DNA of 64,000 bases from an uncultured bacterium (GTDB taxonomy: Bacteria > Chloroflexota > UBA5177 > JANWHV01), in assembly GCA_963729625.1 (NCBI GenBank), contig CAVSOU010000008.1, positions 224,001 through 288,000 on the forward strand, read 5' to 3'. The notes beneath the pieces are model-generated. The model saw nothing but the letters and a program-made list of their open reading frames with translations, did not search any database and had not been told where the DNA came from. Below, piece after piece: positions 51,085-60,031 of the stretch. How positions within the stretch are numbered: the first letter of the stretch is position 1; each line of letters opens with the position of its first letter. The translations under genes were made by a program, and so were the position numbers.

Positions 51085-52184
51085 CAGATCCACGCCCAGC
51101 GCCGCGCCACGGCGCCCCACTGCGCCACCGCCGCGTACGAGGCGTCACGCTGCTGCTTCACCTCCTGGAGCCGCTGCTTGAACTGGCTCAGCAGGTTGTT
51201 GCCCACACTCAGCCAGTGCTCCGGCACCTTCGCCTCGTGTACCTGATCGCGCATCACGCCGTCCTGGTAGTCGAACAGGTCGTTCGTGCCCACCTGAAAC
51301 GCCAGGCAGGCGTAGGCCGCGGCGCCGAGCAGCACCACGTCGTGATGCTGCTCGGGCACCGTGGTCCCGTTCGTGGCGAGCACATGCTTGCTGGCGTACG
51401 ACAGCTGGACCGTGCCGGGATCCACCGGATCCGGTAGCTCGGCATCGGCCAGCTGCATCTCCACCAGCGGCACGTTCAGGGTTGAATCGGCGACCGGCGC
51501 CGGTACGCCGAGCAAGCCATCCGCCACGCCGTCGGAAAAGAGGGTGGTAGTGTTGTCCGCGATCGTGCCCGCGTAGTAGTAGGCGGAGCCGCCCGCTGCC
51601 GTGCGGTAGATGTTCCGCCCCAGACAGTACGGATCCGGGCCCAGCGGCACGGTCACCTCCGCCCGCTGATTGGCCGGCACGATTGCCGGCGAGGCCGGGC
51701 TCACCACCGTCTCGCCGGCAATGCCGCGGAACGTAACCACATACGTGTAGCTGCCGTTCAGCGGGCCCGTCGAGGCCACTACGGCCGCGGACGGCGCCGC
51801 CGGCACGGGCAGGCACGGCTGCGTCTTCTCCACAAACGGCACCACGAAATGCGGGAACTGCCCGGTCGGGTATTCGCACGCCTCCACCCACCAGGCCGGG
51901 CCGGTGCCCGCAGCGCCCACCACGCCCGCGGGATCCACCACCGTGGGTACCGCCACCAACCGCGATCCGCCGTTCGCGCTCACCAGCGCCACCTGCGTCC
52001 AGGGAAACACGAAGCTGTATTGGTCCAGAGCCCGGTCAATGGCCCGCGTCAGGTCGCTGTCCGCCCAGCGCGGACTGGGACCCGCCGCGTCGAAAATGTC
52101 CTGCCGCAGCCGCGTCAGGGCATCGCTCAGCGTCGGCGCAGCGAACGGCAGCCCCGCCACGCTGCTCGGTATCACCAACGGCAT
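51084..52184 (-). CDS. Putative head-tail adaptor with inserted beta domain
   Basis: LTRLRQDIFD...RWADSDLTRAIDRAL; VPEQHHDVVLLGAAAYA; insert YTYVVTF...GRNIYRT...TIADNTTTLFSD. Confidence 0.6.
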   Translation of the reverse strand: MPLVIPSSVAGLPFAAPTLSDALTRLRQDIFDAAGPSPRWADSDLTRAIDRALDQYSFVFPWTQVALVSANGGSRLVAVPTVVDPAGVVGAAGTGPAWWVEACEYPTGQFPHFVVPFVEKTQPCLPVPAAPSAAVVASTGPLNGSYTYVVTFRGIAGETVVSPASPAIVPANQRAEVTVPLGPDPYCLGRNIYRTAAGGSAYYYAGTIADNTTTLFSDGVADGLLGVPAPVADSTLNVPLVEMQLADAELPDPVDPGTVQLSYASKHVLATNGTTVPEQHHDVVLLGAAAYACLAFQVGTNDLFDYQDGVMRDQVHEAKVPEHWLSVGNNLLSQFKQRLQEVKQQRDASYAAVAQWGAVARRWAWI

Positions 52185-52567
52185 TAGCGCATCCTCCTCA
52201 GCTCCAGCAACCAGCGATCCAGCGCCAGGCCCACCTTGCGATAGCTCAAGACCTCCAGCTTGATCGCCGCCGCCACGCTCGCATCGTCGATCGCCCCGTC
52301 CGTCAGCGCGAGGTAGGCAATCGGCCGCGGGTCCACGTCCACCGGCAGCTCCGCCAGGTACTCATTGATCGTCTTCTCCGTCTGGTCGCGCACCAGCGGG
52401 TCGGCACTATCCACCTGCTTGAGCACGATCTGCACGCTCACCGCCTGAAAACCGCCGTAAGCCGTGCGGTAGACGGCCGCCACGCCGATCGACCGGCCCA
52501 GGCGCATCGTCACCCGGTTCGCCGCGATGTGCGCCAGCTTGCTCGCGTTCAGCGGCGTCAGTGCCAT
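52184..52567 (-). CDS. Putative head-closure/structural protein
   Basis: 127 aa, coupled to adaptor gene. Confidence 0.5.
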   Translation of the reverse strand: MALTPLNASKLAHIAANRVTMRLGRSIGVAAVYRTAYGGFQAVSVQIVLKQVDSADPLVRDQTEKTINEYLAELPVDVDPRPIAYLALTDGAIDDASVAAAIKLEVLSYRKVGLALDRWLLELRRMR

Positions 52568-52696
52568 AGCCACGCTCCCAGCACCAGCAGCCAATACACC
52601 AGCACCGCCACCCCAGGACCCACTCTGGTGGGTGCCCCCAGCCGCCACGAGTGCAGACTCACCTTCGCCTCCGCTCCCATCCGGGGCACCCGCGTT

Positions 52697-52927
52697 TCAG
52701 TGCAGCCGGTACACGATCACGCCCACCACGGTGAGCAAGAACCCGAACAGCTGCAGACCCGCCGTCGCCAGCACGTAGTTGAGCTTCCTATCCACCTTCT
52801 CCACCGCCTCCGACATCCGGTTGATGCGCTCGCGGCTCAGTCGGCCAAACTCGCACCCGTCCTTGTCCAGCTCGCACCGGACCACGTAGACCGTGCTCCG
52901 GCCACGCACACGTCCTGCCGGCTGCAT
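52697..52927 (-). CDS. Small coiled-coil plus C-terminal TM protein (holin-like)
   Basis: RERINRMSEAVEKVDRKLNYVLATAGLQLFGFLLTVVGVIVY; start uncertain. Confidence 0.5.
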   Translation of the reverse strand: MQPAGRVRGRSTVYVVRCELDKDGCEFGRLSRERINRMSEAVEKVDRKLNYVLATAGLQLFGFLLTVVGVIVYRLH

Positions 52928-52940
52928 CCGCTCACCCCCC

Positions 52941-54785
52941 TTACCCCAGCGCTATCCAGTCGCACGCCACCGTGGCCGACACGTTCGTCCCGTCTCGCCG
53001 TACCGCCCCCAGCGTGAAGCCGCTGTTGCCCACGCCGGAGACCACGGCAAAGTAGTTGGCGTCCGTGCTCGCCGCTACCACCGTCGGCGTCACCGTCTGC
53101 CCGGTAAAGGCCGTGGGGAACGCCACCACCGCGGTCCCGCTCGCCGTCCCGCTGAGCGTCACGTTGTTCACGCCCCGCTGCAATCGCTGCTGTGGATCGT
53201 TCGCCTCCACCTCAAAGCCCTGCCGGCGCCAGCGCCCCAGCTCCAGCGCGTCGAAGCGCCAGGCATAGCCGCTGCTCGCCGCGTTCTTGGTCCCCGCGTG
53301 CGTCACCACCACCGTGTGCACGGCGTCAGTCAGCCCGTGCGCCAGCAGCACCCGGTCCTGCGGCGCCGAGGCCCCGTTCGCGTCGCCCAGATCGCTGGTC
53401 GAGGCCGGATACGCCCGGTACAGGTCGATCAGCGTCGCGGCGCCGCCATCCACCGCCACACTGACCTGCCCGCAGTCCGAGAACCGCCGGCAGAGCATCG
53501 AGACATCCACGAACCGGCCCTGGATCGTCACCGTGTCGCCGGTATGACTGGTCACGTATTCGTCGCCGCTCGCCGTCAGCGCCTTGCCCTGCCAGCCTGC
53601 CCCATGCAAGGCCCAGCCCGTGCCCGAGATCGCCACCTGCGAGCTACTGTAGGGCACGCGCACCAGCTCCCACGTCTTCCCCGCTCCGTAGCCGCCCCGC
53701 TCGAACGGCACCGCCACGGCCGGCGAAAAATGCTTGGCGATCTCGCCCGCGATCGCCGCGTGCCCCGCGTCGGTCGGGAAGACGCGACTGGTACCGGAGC
53801 TCAGCCACGGGTAGTACCCATCGCTCGGGCCGCCGGAGAGGTAGCAGTCCAGCCACAGCTGCCGGATGTCCGCCAGGTCGCACTGCAGCCGCGCCGCCAC
53901 CGACCGCGCGGCGTTCGCGTAGTCGTCGATGCTGTTGGCGCTGGGCGGGTTGGCGTGCGGCGTACAGAGCAAAACCTCCGCCTGCGTCGCGGTGCGCACC
54001 ACGTTGACCAGGCTTTCCAGGTTGCTGGCGTAGCCGGCCGCGTCGGTCACTTGCTGCGCGGCGCCCGTGGTCGAGTCCCACAGGCCAAATGCGGCGATCA
54101 CCACGTCCGTCGCCGGCCAGTACGTCAGGTTCGCGAACCGGCGCAAGAAGCGCAGCACCGTGTCCCCCTTCACGCCACCGTTCACCACCTGAATCGTCTG
54201 CCCGTTCGTGCCCGTCTGCAGCGTGCTCGAGGTCCAGCTGGGAATCGGCCCGTCGCTGGTCGCCGCCCAGCTCGCCGGGTCCCACCGCAGCACGGTCGAG
54301 CTCGGGTAGAGTGCCGCCAGCTGCGCCGCCAGCAGCGCTACCCAGCCGCCGCTCACCGTGCCGCTCGCGTCGTATCCCACCGTCACGTCGTCGCCGGCAC
54401 AGAAGATGGTCACGTCGGAGCCCGCCAGCAGCCGGCCCAGGGCCCGCGGCAAGCCCGAGGCCCGCGCACTGGCCACAGCGCGCCGCACCAGGTCCGCCGC
54501 CACCACCGGCTGGTGGTAGCTCCATACCACCTGCTGCGTGCCGCCCAGCTGCGTGTACGTAACCAGGATGTGGTAATCGTCCGGCGGCAGCGCCGCGAAC
54601 GCGAACCGCCCGCTCGCATCCGTCATCGTCAGCGCCACCGGCGTGGGCAGCCCCGTGGCGCCGGTCGGCAGCGTGCCGGCCGCGAACTGCCCCGTGGAGA
54701 AGGCGTAGACCTTGGCCCCCACCACCGCGACACCCGACGCGCTGAACACCACGTCGCTGTAATATGCCAGATAGGCCTTCGGCAC
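52941..54785 (-). CDS. SGNH/GDSL-like domain protein with tail-fibre-type C-terminus
   Basis: CAGDDVTVG, NGGVKG, VFPTDAGHAAIA; C-terminal VAFPTAF...VACDWIALG. Confidence 0.7.
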   Translation of the reverse strand: MPKAYLAYYSDVVFSASGVAVVGAKVYAFSTGQFAAGTLPTGATGLPTPVALTMTDASGRFAFAALPPDDYHILVTYTQLGGTQQVVWSYHQPVVAADLVRRAVASARASGLPRALGRLLAGSDVTIFCAGDDVTVGYDASGTVSGGWVALLAAQLAALYPSSTVLRWDPASWAATSDGPIPSWTSSTLQTGTNGQTIQVVNGGVKGDTVLRFLRRFANLTYWPATDVVIAAFGLWDSTTGAAQQVTDAAGYASNLESLVNVVRTATQAEVLLCTPHANPPSANSIDDYANAARSVAARLQCDLADIRQLWLDCYLSGGPSDGYYPWLSSGTSRVFPTDAGHAAIAGEIAKHFSPAVAVPFERGGYGAGKTWELVRVPYSSSQVAISGTGWALHGAGWQGKALTASGDEYVTSHTGDTVTIQGRFVDVSMLCRRFSDCGQVSVAVDGGAATLIDLYRAYPASTSDLGDANGASAPQDRVLLAHGLTDAVHTVVVTHAGTKNAASSGYAWRFDALELGRWRRQGFEVEANDPQQRLQRGVNNVTLSGTASGTAVVAFPTAFTGQTVTPTVVAASTDANYFAVVSGVGNSGFTLGAVRRDGTNVSATVACDWIALG

Positions 54786-54800
54786 GCCTCGCCTCCCCTC

Positions 54801-54942
54801 GTGATGCCCCGGGATTCATCCCGCGGGCACTCACAAGAGTGGGTGCCCGCGGGGAGCCTCATTCCACCGCACGTGATGCCCCGGCGTTCACGCCGGGGAG
54901 GCTCATTCCATCACCAAACCGCGGGCTTCAGCCCGCATCCGC
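54801..54942. repeat. REP-like palindromic cluster with nested insertion
   Basis: GCCCCGGGATTCATCCC[28 bp]GGGG; GCCCCGGCGTTCACGCCGGGG; CCGCGGGCTTCAGCCCGC; second copy at 59433-59502. Confidence 0.75.
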
Positions 54943-54944
54943 TG

Positions 54945-55406
54945 TCAATTGAAGATGTGGTAGCCGATGTCCGTGTGCGCCACCGTGCTGGACGTGCCGT
55001 TGTTGTAGATCGTCACCGTGAAGGCGCCGGAGCTGCTGCTCATCGTCCGCGCCGTCACGATGAACGACAGAATGACGCCCGCGCCCGGATCGGACAGCGG
55101 GTAGCACACGATGTGCGACAGATCGCGCACCAGGTTATTGCTCACCGCGACCGTCGTGCTCGCGCCGTCCGACAGCGCCGGCAGCGTGAACGCGCCCAGC
55201 GGCTGGTTCGCCACCTGGGTCGTGCCGCTCACGCCCGTCGGCGCATTCGTGGGAGCCGTCCCCGACCCGAAGCCGGTCTGCCCGGCATACAGCAAGTTCA
55301 CCGTCGTCTTCAGAATCGCATGGGTGCCGGCGATGTACGTGCCGGCCTGGTCGTAGAAGCCGCGAAGCCACGGCTCCATCGCGCTCGGCAGGGTCTTTAA
55401 CGCCAT
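54945..55406 (-). CDS. Phage-like structural protein
   Basis: RBS GGAGG; Thr/Gly-rich beta protein. Confidence 0.6.
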   Translation of the reverse strand: MALKTLPSAMEPWLRGFYDQAGTYIAGTHAILKTTVNLLYAGQTGFGSGTAPTNAPTGVSGTTQVANQPLGAFTLPALSDGASTTVAVSNNLVRDLSHIVCYPLSDPGAGVILSFIVTARTMSSSSGAFTVTIYNNGTSSTVAHTDIGYHIFN

Positions 55407-55415
55407 TTTGCCCTC

Positions 55416-56738
55416 CTAGAGTACGGACAGCAGCATCGACGCCATCACCGCGTGCCCGGTGTCGCCCATGTGCGAGCCATAGGCGCTGCCGCTGTAGTAC
55501 AGATTCGCGATCGGATTCGCCCCCGCCCGCATCTCGGCATCCACATCCACAAACACGCCGTCATAGGCCAGGCACACATCCCGCATCCGCGCCCGGTAGA
55601 GCGCCCAGGAATCCGCGTTCGTAAAGGGCGAAGGGAAATCGCTGCGCTTGTAGTTGGCCACGAACGGCGTGGTCATCACCAGGCTGGCCCCCACGTTCGA
55701 CGCGCTCCGCGCCAGTTGCTCCAGGCCGTAGGCGTAGGCGTCCAGGCCCACCGCCCCCTGCATGTCGTTCACGCCCAGCGAGAGCAGCACCAGCTTCGGC
55801 GTCTGTGGAAAGTCCTCGATCATCGCCGGACACTGCAGGAACTGCGGCTGTATCGTCGGGTAGATCGGCACGCCGTGAACACTCGCCGTGCGTCCCTGAA
55901 AGGCCTGCTTGATCCACAGCAGCCCGGTCGCGGCTCGGCCGGTGGGGAAGATCGTCGCGCCCGCGATGTACAGATTCCCGTTGCCGGTATTGGTGATGCG
56001 AATCTGGCTCATCATCACGCCCGTCGAGGTCCAGTTGTACCAGCGCGCCGATCGCTTGTATGCTCCGGAGGCCAGTCCCGTCAGCGCCGGCGTGTTGGTT
56101 ACGCTGTAGCCGGTGGGATAGGGCGGCACGCTGGGCGGCGTCGCACTGCCGTTGCTGGCAAATACCCCGCTCCCGGCGGACTGCGACACCCACACAGGAC
56201 TGCCCACCGTGCCCGTATTGGCATCCACCGTGAACGCCGCGCCGTTCGCATCCTGGTAGCCCCAGAGATCGAAGTCGGTGAACGTGCCCGCGTTCGGCGT
56301 CAGGACATAGGTATCCGTCGCAGCGTGGCTGGACGGACCCTGATACTCACCTGCCATATACGACAGCGAGATCCACCCGGTGGTCGGCGTGTTCAGCGTC
56401 GCCATCCACTGGTAGTCAGTGGCAGCGTTTAACACGCCTGTTGCCGGGCCATACGCCGTTCCCTCGCCGGTCACGCCGCAGTCGCCCAGACCGATGTATT
56501 CGCCCGCATTGCCGTAGCGCGCCGCCAGCGCCGCGCGCACCAGGCCCTGCCAGCTCTTCGTGTACCAGACTGAGGCATAGTAGCCCTGCCCGATGGAGTC
56601 GCCGATCACCATCACCGGCTGCGCGGCGGATCCCATGTTGCCCTTGGCCGTGTTCCAGGCCGCCAGCGCGCCGTTCGGCACCATGATGTACGGCGAGGGG
56701 TTGGCGTTGAAGATCGGCGGGTTGATGCTCTGTCCCAT
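55416..56738 (-). CDS. SGNH/GDSL hydrolase
   Basis: VIGDSIGQG, LGVND, SHMGDTGHAVMA. Confidence 0.8.
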   Translation of the reverse strand: MGQSINPPIFNANPSPYIMVPNGALAAWNTAKGNMGSAAQPVMVIGDSIGQGYYASVWYTKSWQGLVRAALAARYGNAGEYIGLGDCGVTGEGTAYGPATGVLNAATDYQWMATLNTPTTGWISLSYMAGEYQGPSSHAATDTYVLTPNAGTFTDFDLWGYQDANGAAFTVDANTGTVGSPVWVSQSAGSGVFASNGSATPPSVPPYPTGYSVTNTPALTGLASGAYKRSARWYNWTSTGVMMSQIRITNTGNGNLYIAGATIFPTGRAATGLLWIKQAFQGRTASVHGVPIYPTIQPQFLQCPAMIEDFPQTPKLVLLSLGVNDMQGAVGLDAYAYGLEQLARSASNVGASLVMTTPFVANYKRSDFPSPFTNADSWALYRARMRDVCLAYDGVFVDVDAEMRAGANPIANLYYSGSAYGSHMGDTGHAVMASMLLSVL

Positions 56739-57655
56739 CACAGCCACCCCTTCAGCACGATGTTGCTGCCGCCCGTGCCGTTCACGTTCGTCGCCGCCGT
56801 GGAGAACAGGTGCACCGCCGTCACCGGATGGTCCACCAGCAACGCGCCCCCATTGGGCGGAATCTGCCAGGACCCTGCCGTCGCCGCCGCGTCGTACTCG
56901 ATGCCCACCGCCGTGCTGCTGTTGTTCTGGATCTCCACGTGATGCACTTTGCTGCTGAACGTGAAGGTCGTATCCGCGGAGGCGGTCAAAGCGGCCGGAG
57001 GCGCGGACAGCGCTACCGAGGCGCCGGAATAGACATTGACGCCCGCCACCAGCGCCGCCAGGTTGCCGCCCGTCTCCCGCGCCACGTTATCCGTGGCCCA
57101 GGCCGCCACACTGGCCCAAATCCCCACGCCGATCGAGTCGCCCGCATACAGCACCGAGCAGCGCACGCGGACGTACTGCTTTGCGCTTGCCGTGCCCTTG
57201 AGCAGCACCGCCGCACCGCCGGCCTGCGAGGATACCGGCGGCCCGGCCGCAGTGGAGCTGTTGAACGTGGAGGCGAACCACGTCGTGCCGTCCTCGGACT
57301 CGTCCACCACAATCGTCGATCCGGCCGAGAACGTGCCGGAGATCACCGCGATCCACGCGCCCTGGCCCTTGCCCAGCGTGAGAGAGACCGTGCCGCCCGC
57401 GACCGGCGTGCCGATGGCCGGCTGCGCGGCGGTGATCGTGCCCGTCGCGGTGATATCGGCCGTGGAGACAGGCTGTGCCGTGCCGCCGCTCACCCCCTGC
57501 ACGGAGATCACGGCGGCGTTCGGCGTGCCCGCCGTCCCCGTCGGCACCGCGGACACGTCTCCGGTTATCACGGCAGTGGTCGGCAAGGGGTTCGCCGCGC
57601 TCACCTCCACCATCTTGCCGTTCGCGTCGAGATACTGCGCGACTTCGTAACTCAT
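56738..57655 (-). CDS. Phage-like structural protein (beta-rich)
   Basis: VSAANPLP motif, YVRVRCS, VEIQNNS; RBS GGGAGG. Confidence 0.6.
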   Translation of the reverse strand: MSYEVAQYLDANGKMVEVSAANPLPTTAVITGDVSAVPTGTAGTPNAAVISVQGVSGGTAQPVSTADITATGTITAAQPAIGTPVAGGTVSLTLGKGQGAWIAVISGTFSAGSTIVVDESEDGTTWFASTFNSSTAAGPPVSSQAGGAAVLLKGTASAKQYVRVRCSVLYAGDSIGVGIWASVAAWATDNVARETGGNLAALVAGVNVYSGASVALSAPPAALTASADTTFTFSSKVHHVEIQNNSSTAVGIEYDAAATAGSWQIPPNGGALLVDHPVTAVHLFSTAATNVNGTGGSNIVLKGWL

Positions 57656-57665
57656 CAGCCCTCCC

Positions 57666-58892
57666 TCACAACACGCCGTTCAGCAGGACGGCCATCTTCA
57701 GATGTCCGGCCGGCGTCGGGCTACCGTCCGTGGCGCTGGTGATCCAGCCGTTCGTGTACGGCGTGCGCCCGAACAGCCGCTGCACGTCCACGAAGCCGCA
57801 GCAGCAGCTCTGGGCCACTTCCAGCATGGCCGCCTTGATGTCCCGGTAAGCCGTGCTGGCCGCGGCGGTATAATCCTGATCCGTCACCGCCGTGGCCGCC
57901 GCGAGCTGCCCGTCCGCCACGTAGGGCGCCACGATCAGCACCGATCCAACGTCGCCAGTCCCGTACCGCAGCGCGTAGACCAGGCTCAGCAGGGCGTCGC
58001 GGAAGTTGCCCTTCGTCACGCTCTGCAAGGCATCGTTCATGCCCAGGGCCACGATCGCCAGGTCCGGCTGGGCCGGAAAGCTCAAACCCGTCAGCGCCGT
58101 CGGCGAGGCCGTGGTGCCCGAATATCCCTGGTAGAGCGACCGCTTGTCCACCGGCGCCGCCCCGGTGTCCGAGAGCGCGTTATGCGGGGCCGACCCCGTG
58201 TACAGGCCCATGCCCGCCCAGGCCATGTTCGCGAAGGCCAGCCCGGTCGTCGCCGCGTAGGCCGTCACGCCAAGGATGCTGCAGGCGGCCGCGGTCGTCC
58301 CCGTGGCGTTGATCGTCAGCGTGTGCGTGCCCGCCGTCAGGCCCGTGATCGAGACCTTCTTCACGCTGGAGCCCGCGATCGTGCCCGCGCCCGTGCAGGT
58401 GACCGTATGCGCCACGCCGCCGTCGATCTTGTAGGTCCAGCTGCCGGTCGCGTAGTCCACATACAAAATGTCGAAGCCCACCACCGCGTAGGGCGGCGTG
58501 CAGCTCACCAGCGGCGAGTTCGCCTTCGCCGCCTGGCCGATGCAGTAGCCGAATCCGCCGTAGCTCGCGTTCCAGTCCGTGCTGGTCACGCCCGCCAGCA
58601 CGATCGGCGGCACCGCGGGGGCCAGACCGACGTTGGCGTCATACAGGAAGCTGAAATAGTCGCCGCAACAGACCCCGCCGTCCCGCGCCGTCAGGCTCGC
58701 CCGCAGCGTTGCCCAACAGGAATCCGCCATGATGTCCGTGGCCCCCTTGCCGGCCAGGATCTCATCGCCGATCCCCACCACGCCGACCGGCCGGCTGCCG
58801 CGCGCCGCCTTCGCCGCCTTCCATCCCGTGTCCCAGCCCACCGGCAACACACAGTACTGCGTCAGGGCCGGGTCAGTGCCGGCATTCTCCAC
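57666..58892 (-). CDS. SGNH/GDSL-like protein, paralog of 55416-56738
   Basis: GIGDEILAG, LGMND, DGSPTPAGHLKMA. Confidence 0.75.
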   Translation of the reverse strand: MENAGTDPALTQYCVLPVGWDTGWKAAKAARGSRPVGVVGIGDEILAGKGATDIMADSCWATLRASLTARDGGVCCGDYFSFLYDANVGLAPAVPPIVLAGVTSTDWNASYGGFGYCIGQAAKANSPLVSCTPPYAVVGFDILYVDYATGSWTYKIDGGVAHTVTCTGAGTIAGSSVKKVSITGLTAGTHTLTINATGTTAAACSILGVTAYAATTGLAFANMAWAGMGLYTGSAPHNALSDTGAAPVDKRSLYQGYSGTTASPTALTGLSFPAQPDLAIVALGMNDALQSVTKGNFRDALLSLVYALRYGTGDVGSVLIVAPYVADGQLAAATAVTDQDYTAAASTAYRDIKAAMLEVAQSCCCGFVDVQRLFGRTPYTNGWITSATDGSPTPAGHLKMAVLLNGVL

Positions 58893-59070
58893 TCGCCTAC
58901 CTCCTCATCAGGGGGCCGCGTCGCACCGCGCCACCCGCCCGCGGCGGATCGCGTCCCGGCGCGGCCCCAACTACCACCTGCCCCTCGCAAGAACATGTCA
59001 GCCGGGGGTGCGCAGCACCCGTTCCGGGTACCCGGGCACCCACAAGAGTGGGTGATGAGCGGGTGGCCGC

Positions 59071-59379
59071 TCAGGGCGCCGTGATCTCCGGGTGGTTCTC
59101 CGGCGTGCTGCCGCCGGCCGGCCCCACCGCGCCCGTATAGGCGCCCAGGTCGTACCGATCCTCCTGCTTGCTAAAGGGTGGGAAGGCGCTGATCGCCTCC
59201 ATGTTCCCGTCGCCCGCATAACTATGCAGCGCCGGCTTGGCGATCGGCTCCGGGCTCTGGTGCCCGGATACCATTGCCGTGAAGGCGTCCTCCGGCCAGT
59301 CCGTGCCCTCATCCTGCGCCTTGTACGTATCCGACGCGGTGGGCAGCCCGTCCATGCTCGGTGCCTGCACCGCCTCCAC
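59071..59379 (-). CDS. Hypothetical protein
   Basis: Acidic, Pro-rich; GTG start after GAGAGG. Confidence 0.45.
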   Translation of the reverse strand: MEAVQAPSMDGLPTASDTYKAQDEGTDWPEDAFTAMVSGHQSPEPIAKPALHSYAGDGNMEAISAFPPFSKQEDRYDLGAYTGAVGPAGGSTPENHPEITAP

Positions 59380-59432
59380 GCTTCGACCTCTCACGTTCCG
59401 TCCTTTCATCGGCCGGCCGGCCGATCGTCCTG

Positions 59433-59502
59433 GTGATGCCCCGGGATTCATCCCGGGGAGCCTCATTCCATCGCCTAGCCGCGGGCTTCAGCCCGCATCC
59501 GC
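59433..59502. repeat. REP-like palindromic unit
   Basis: GTGATGCCCCGGGATTCATCCCGGGGAGCCTCATTCCA...CCGCGGGCTTCAGCCCGCATCCGC. Confidence 0.75.
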
Positions 59503-60027
59503 GCCCAACCAGGGAGCCGGATTCACATCCAGGTAGCTGCCGCCATTGCGCAGCAGGCTGTCCACCACGCCCTGCTCGCCCGCCGTCATCAGTCGCTGAC
59601 TAAACTGGTATGCTCCATCCCGCAAACCAGGCAGCGCTGTGTCCGGCGCATCGCGCGGAGCGCCCGCATCCACCTCCGTATTGAGCGCATAGGCGCCTCC
59701 CGAAAAGCCGATGGCAGGCTGCAGCCGGCTCACGTAGCTCATGTCCTGCGCATCGTCCAGCTGCACCGGAGCCTGCGGCGTCTGGTAGATCGGCGACTGT
59801 GCCGGCAGCGCCGCGTCCACCGGCGCGTCCGAGATCCCCGTCACGCTGTACGGCGCGTCGCCCGCCGCGTCCATGCTCCCATCGGGATTGTTGGGCAGGC
59901 CGCTGGGCTTGACCCCCGGCGGCTGGTTCAAGGCCACCGGGTACTCACCCGAAAAGTACGCCGCTGTGCTGCGCACCCCACCAGAGTGGGTGGCCCGCGC
60001 CTCCTCCACCCTTGTATCCAAGCTCAC
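59488..60027 (-). CDS. Hypothetical protein downstream of capsid gene
   Basis: 179 aa, starts 5 bp after capsid stop. Confidence 0.55.
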   Translation of the reverse strand: MSLDTRVEEARATHSGGVRSTAAYFSGEYPVALNQPPGVKPSGLPNNPDGSMDAAGDAPYSVTGISDAPVDAALPAQSPIYQTPQAPVQLDDAQDMSYVSRLQPAIGFSGGAYALNTEVDAGAPRDAPDTALPGLRDGAYQFSQRLMTAGEQGVVDSLLRNGGSYLDVNPAPWLGADAG

Positions 60028-60031
60028 CCCC

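Noticed and set aside
52893-55400. 835-aa plus-strand ORF and similar long Arg/Pro-rich ORFs (12393-13988, 17244-18842, 57702-59084, 61127-62491)
   Set aside because: High-GC shadow frames opposite well-supported genes; no recognisable motifs
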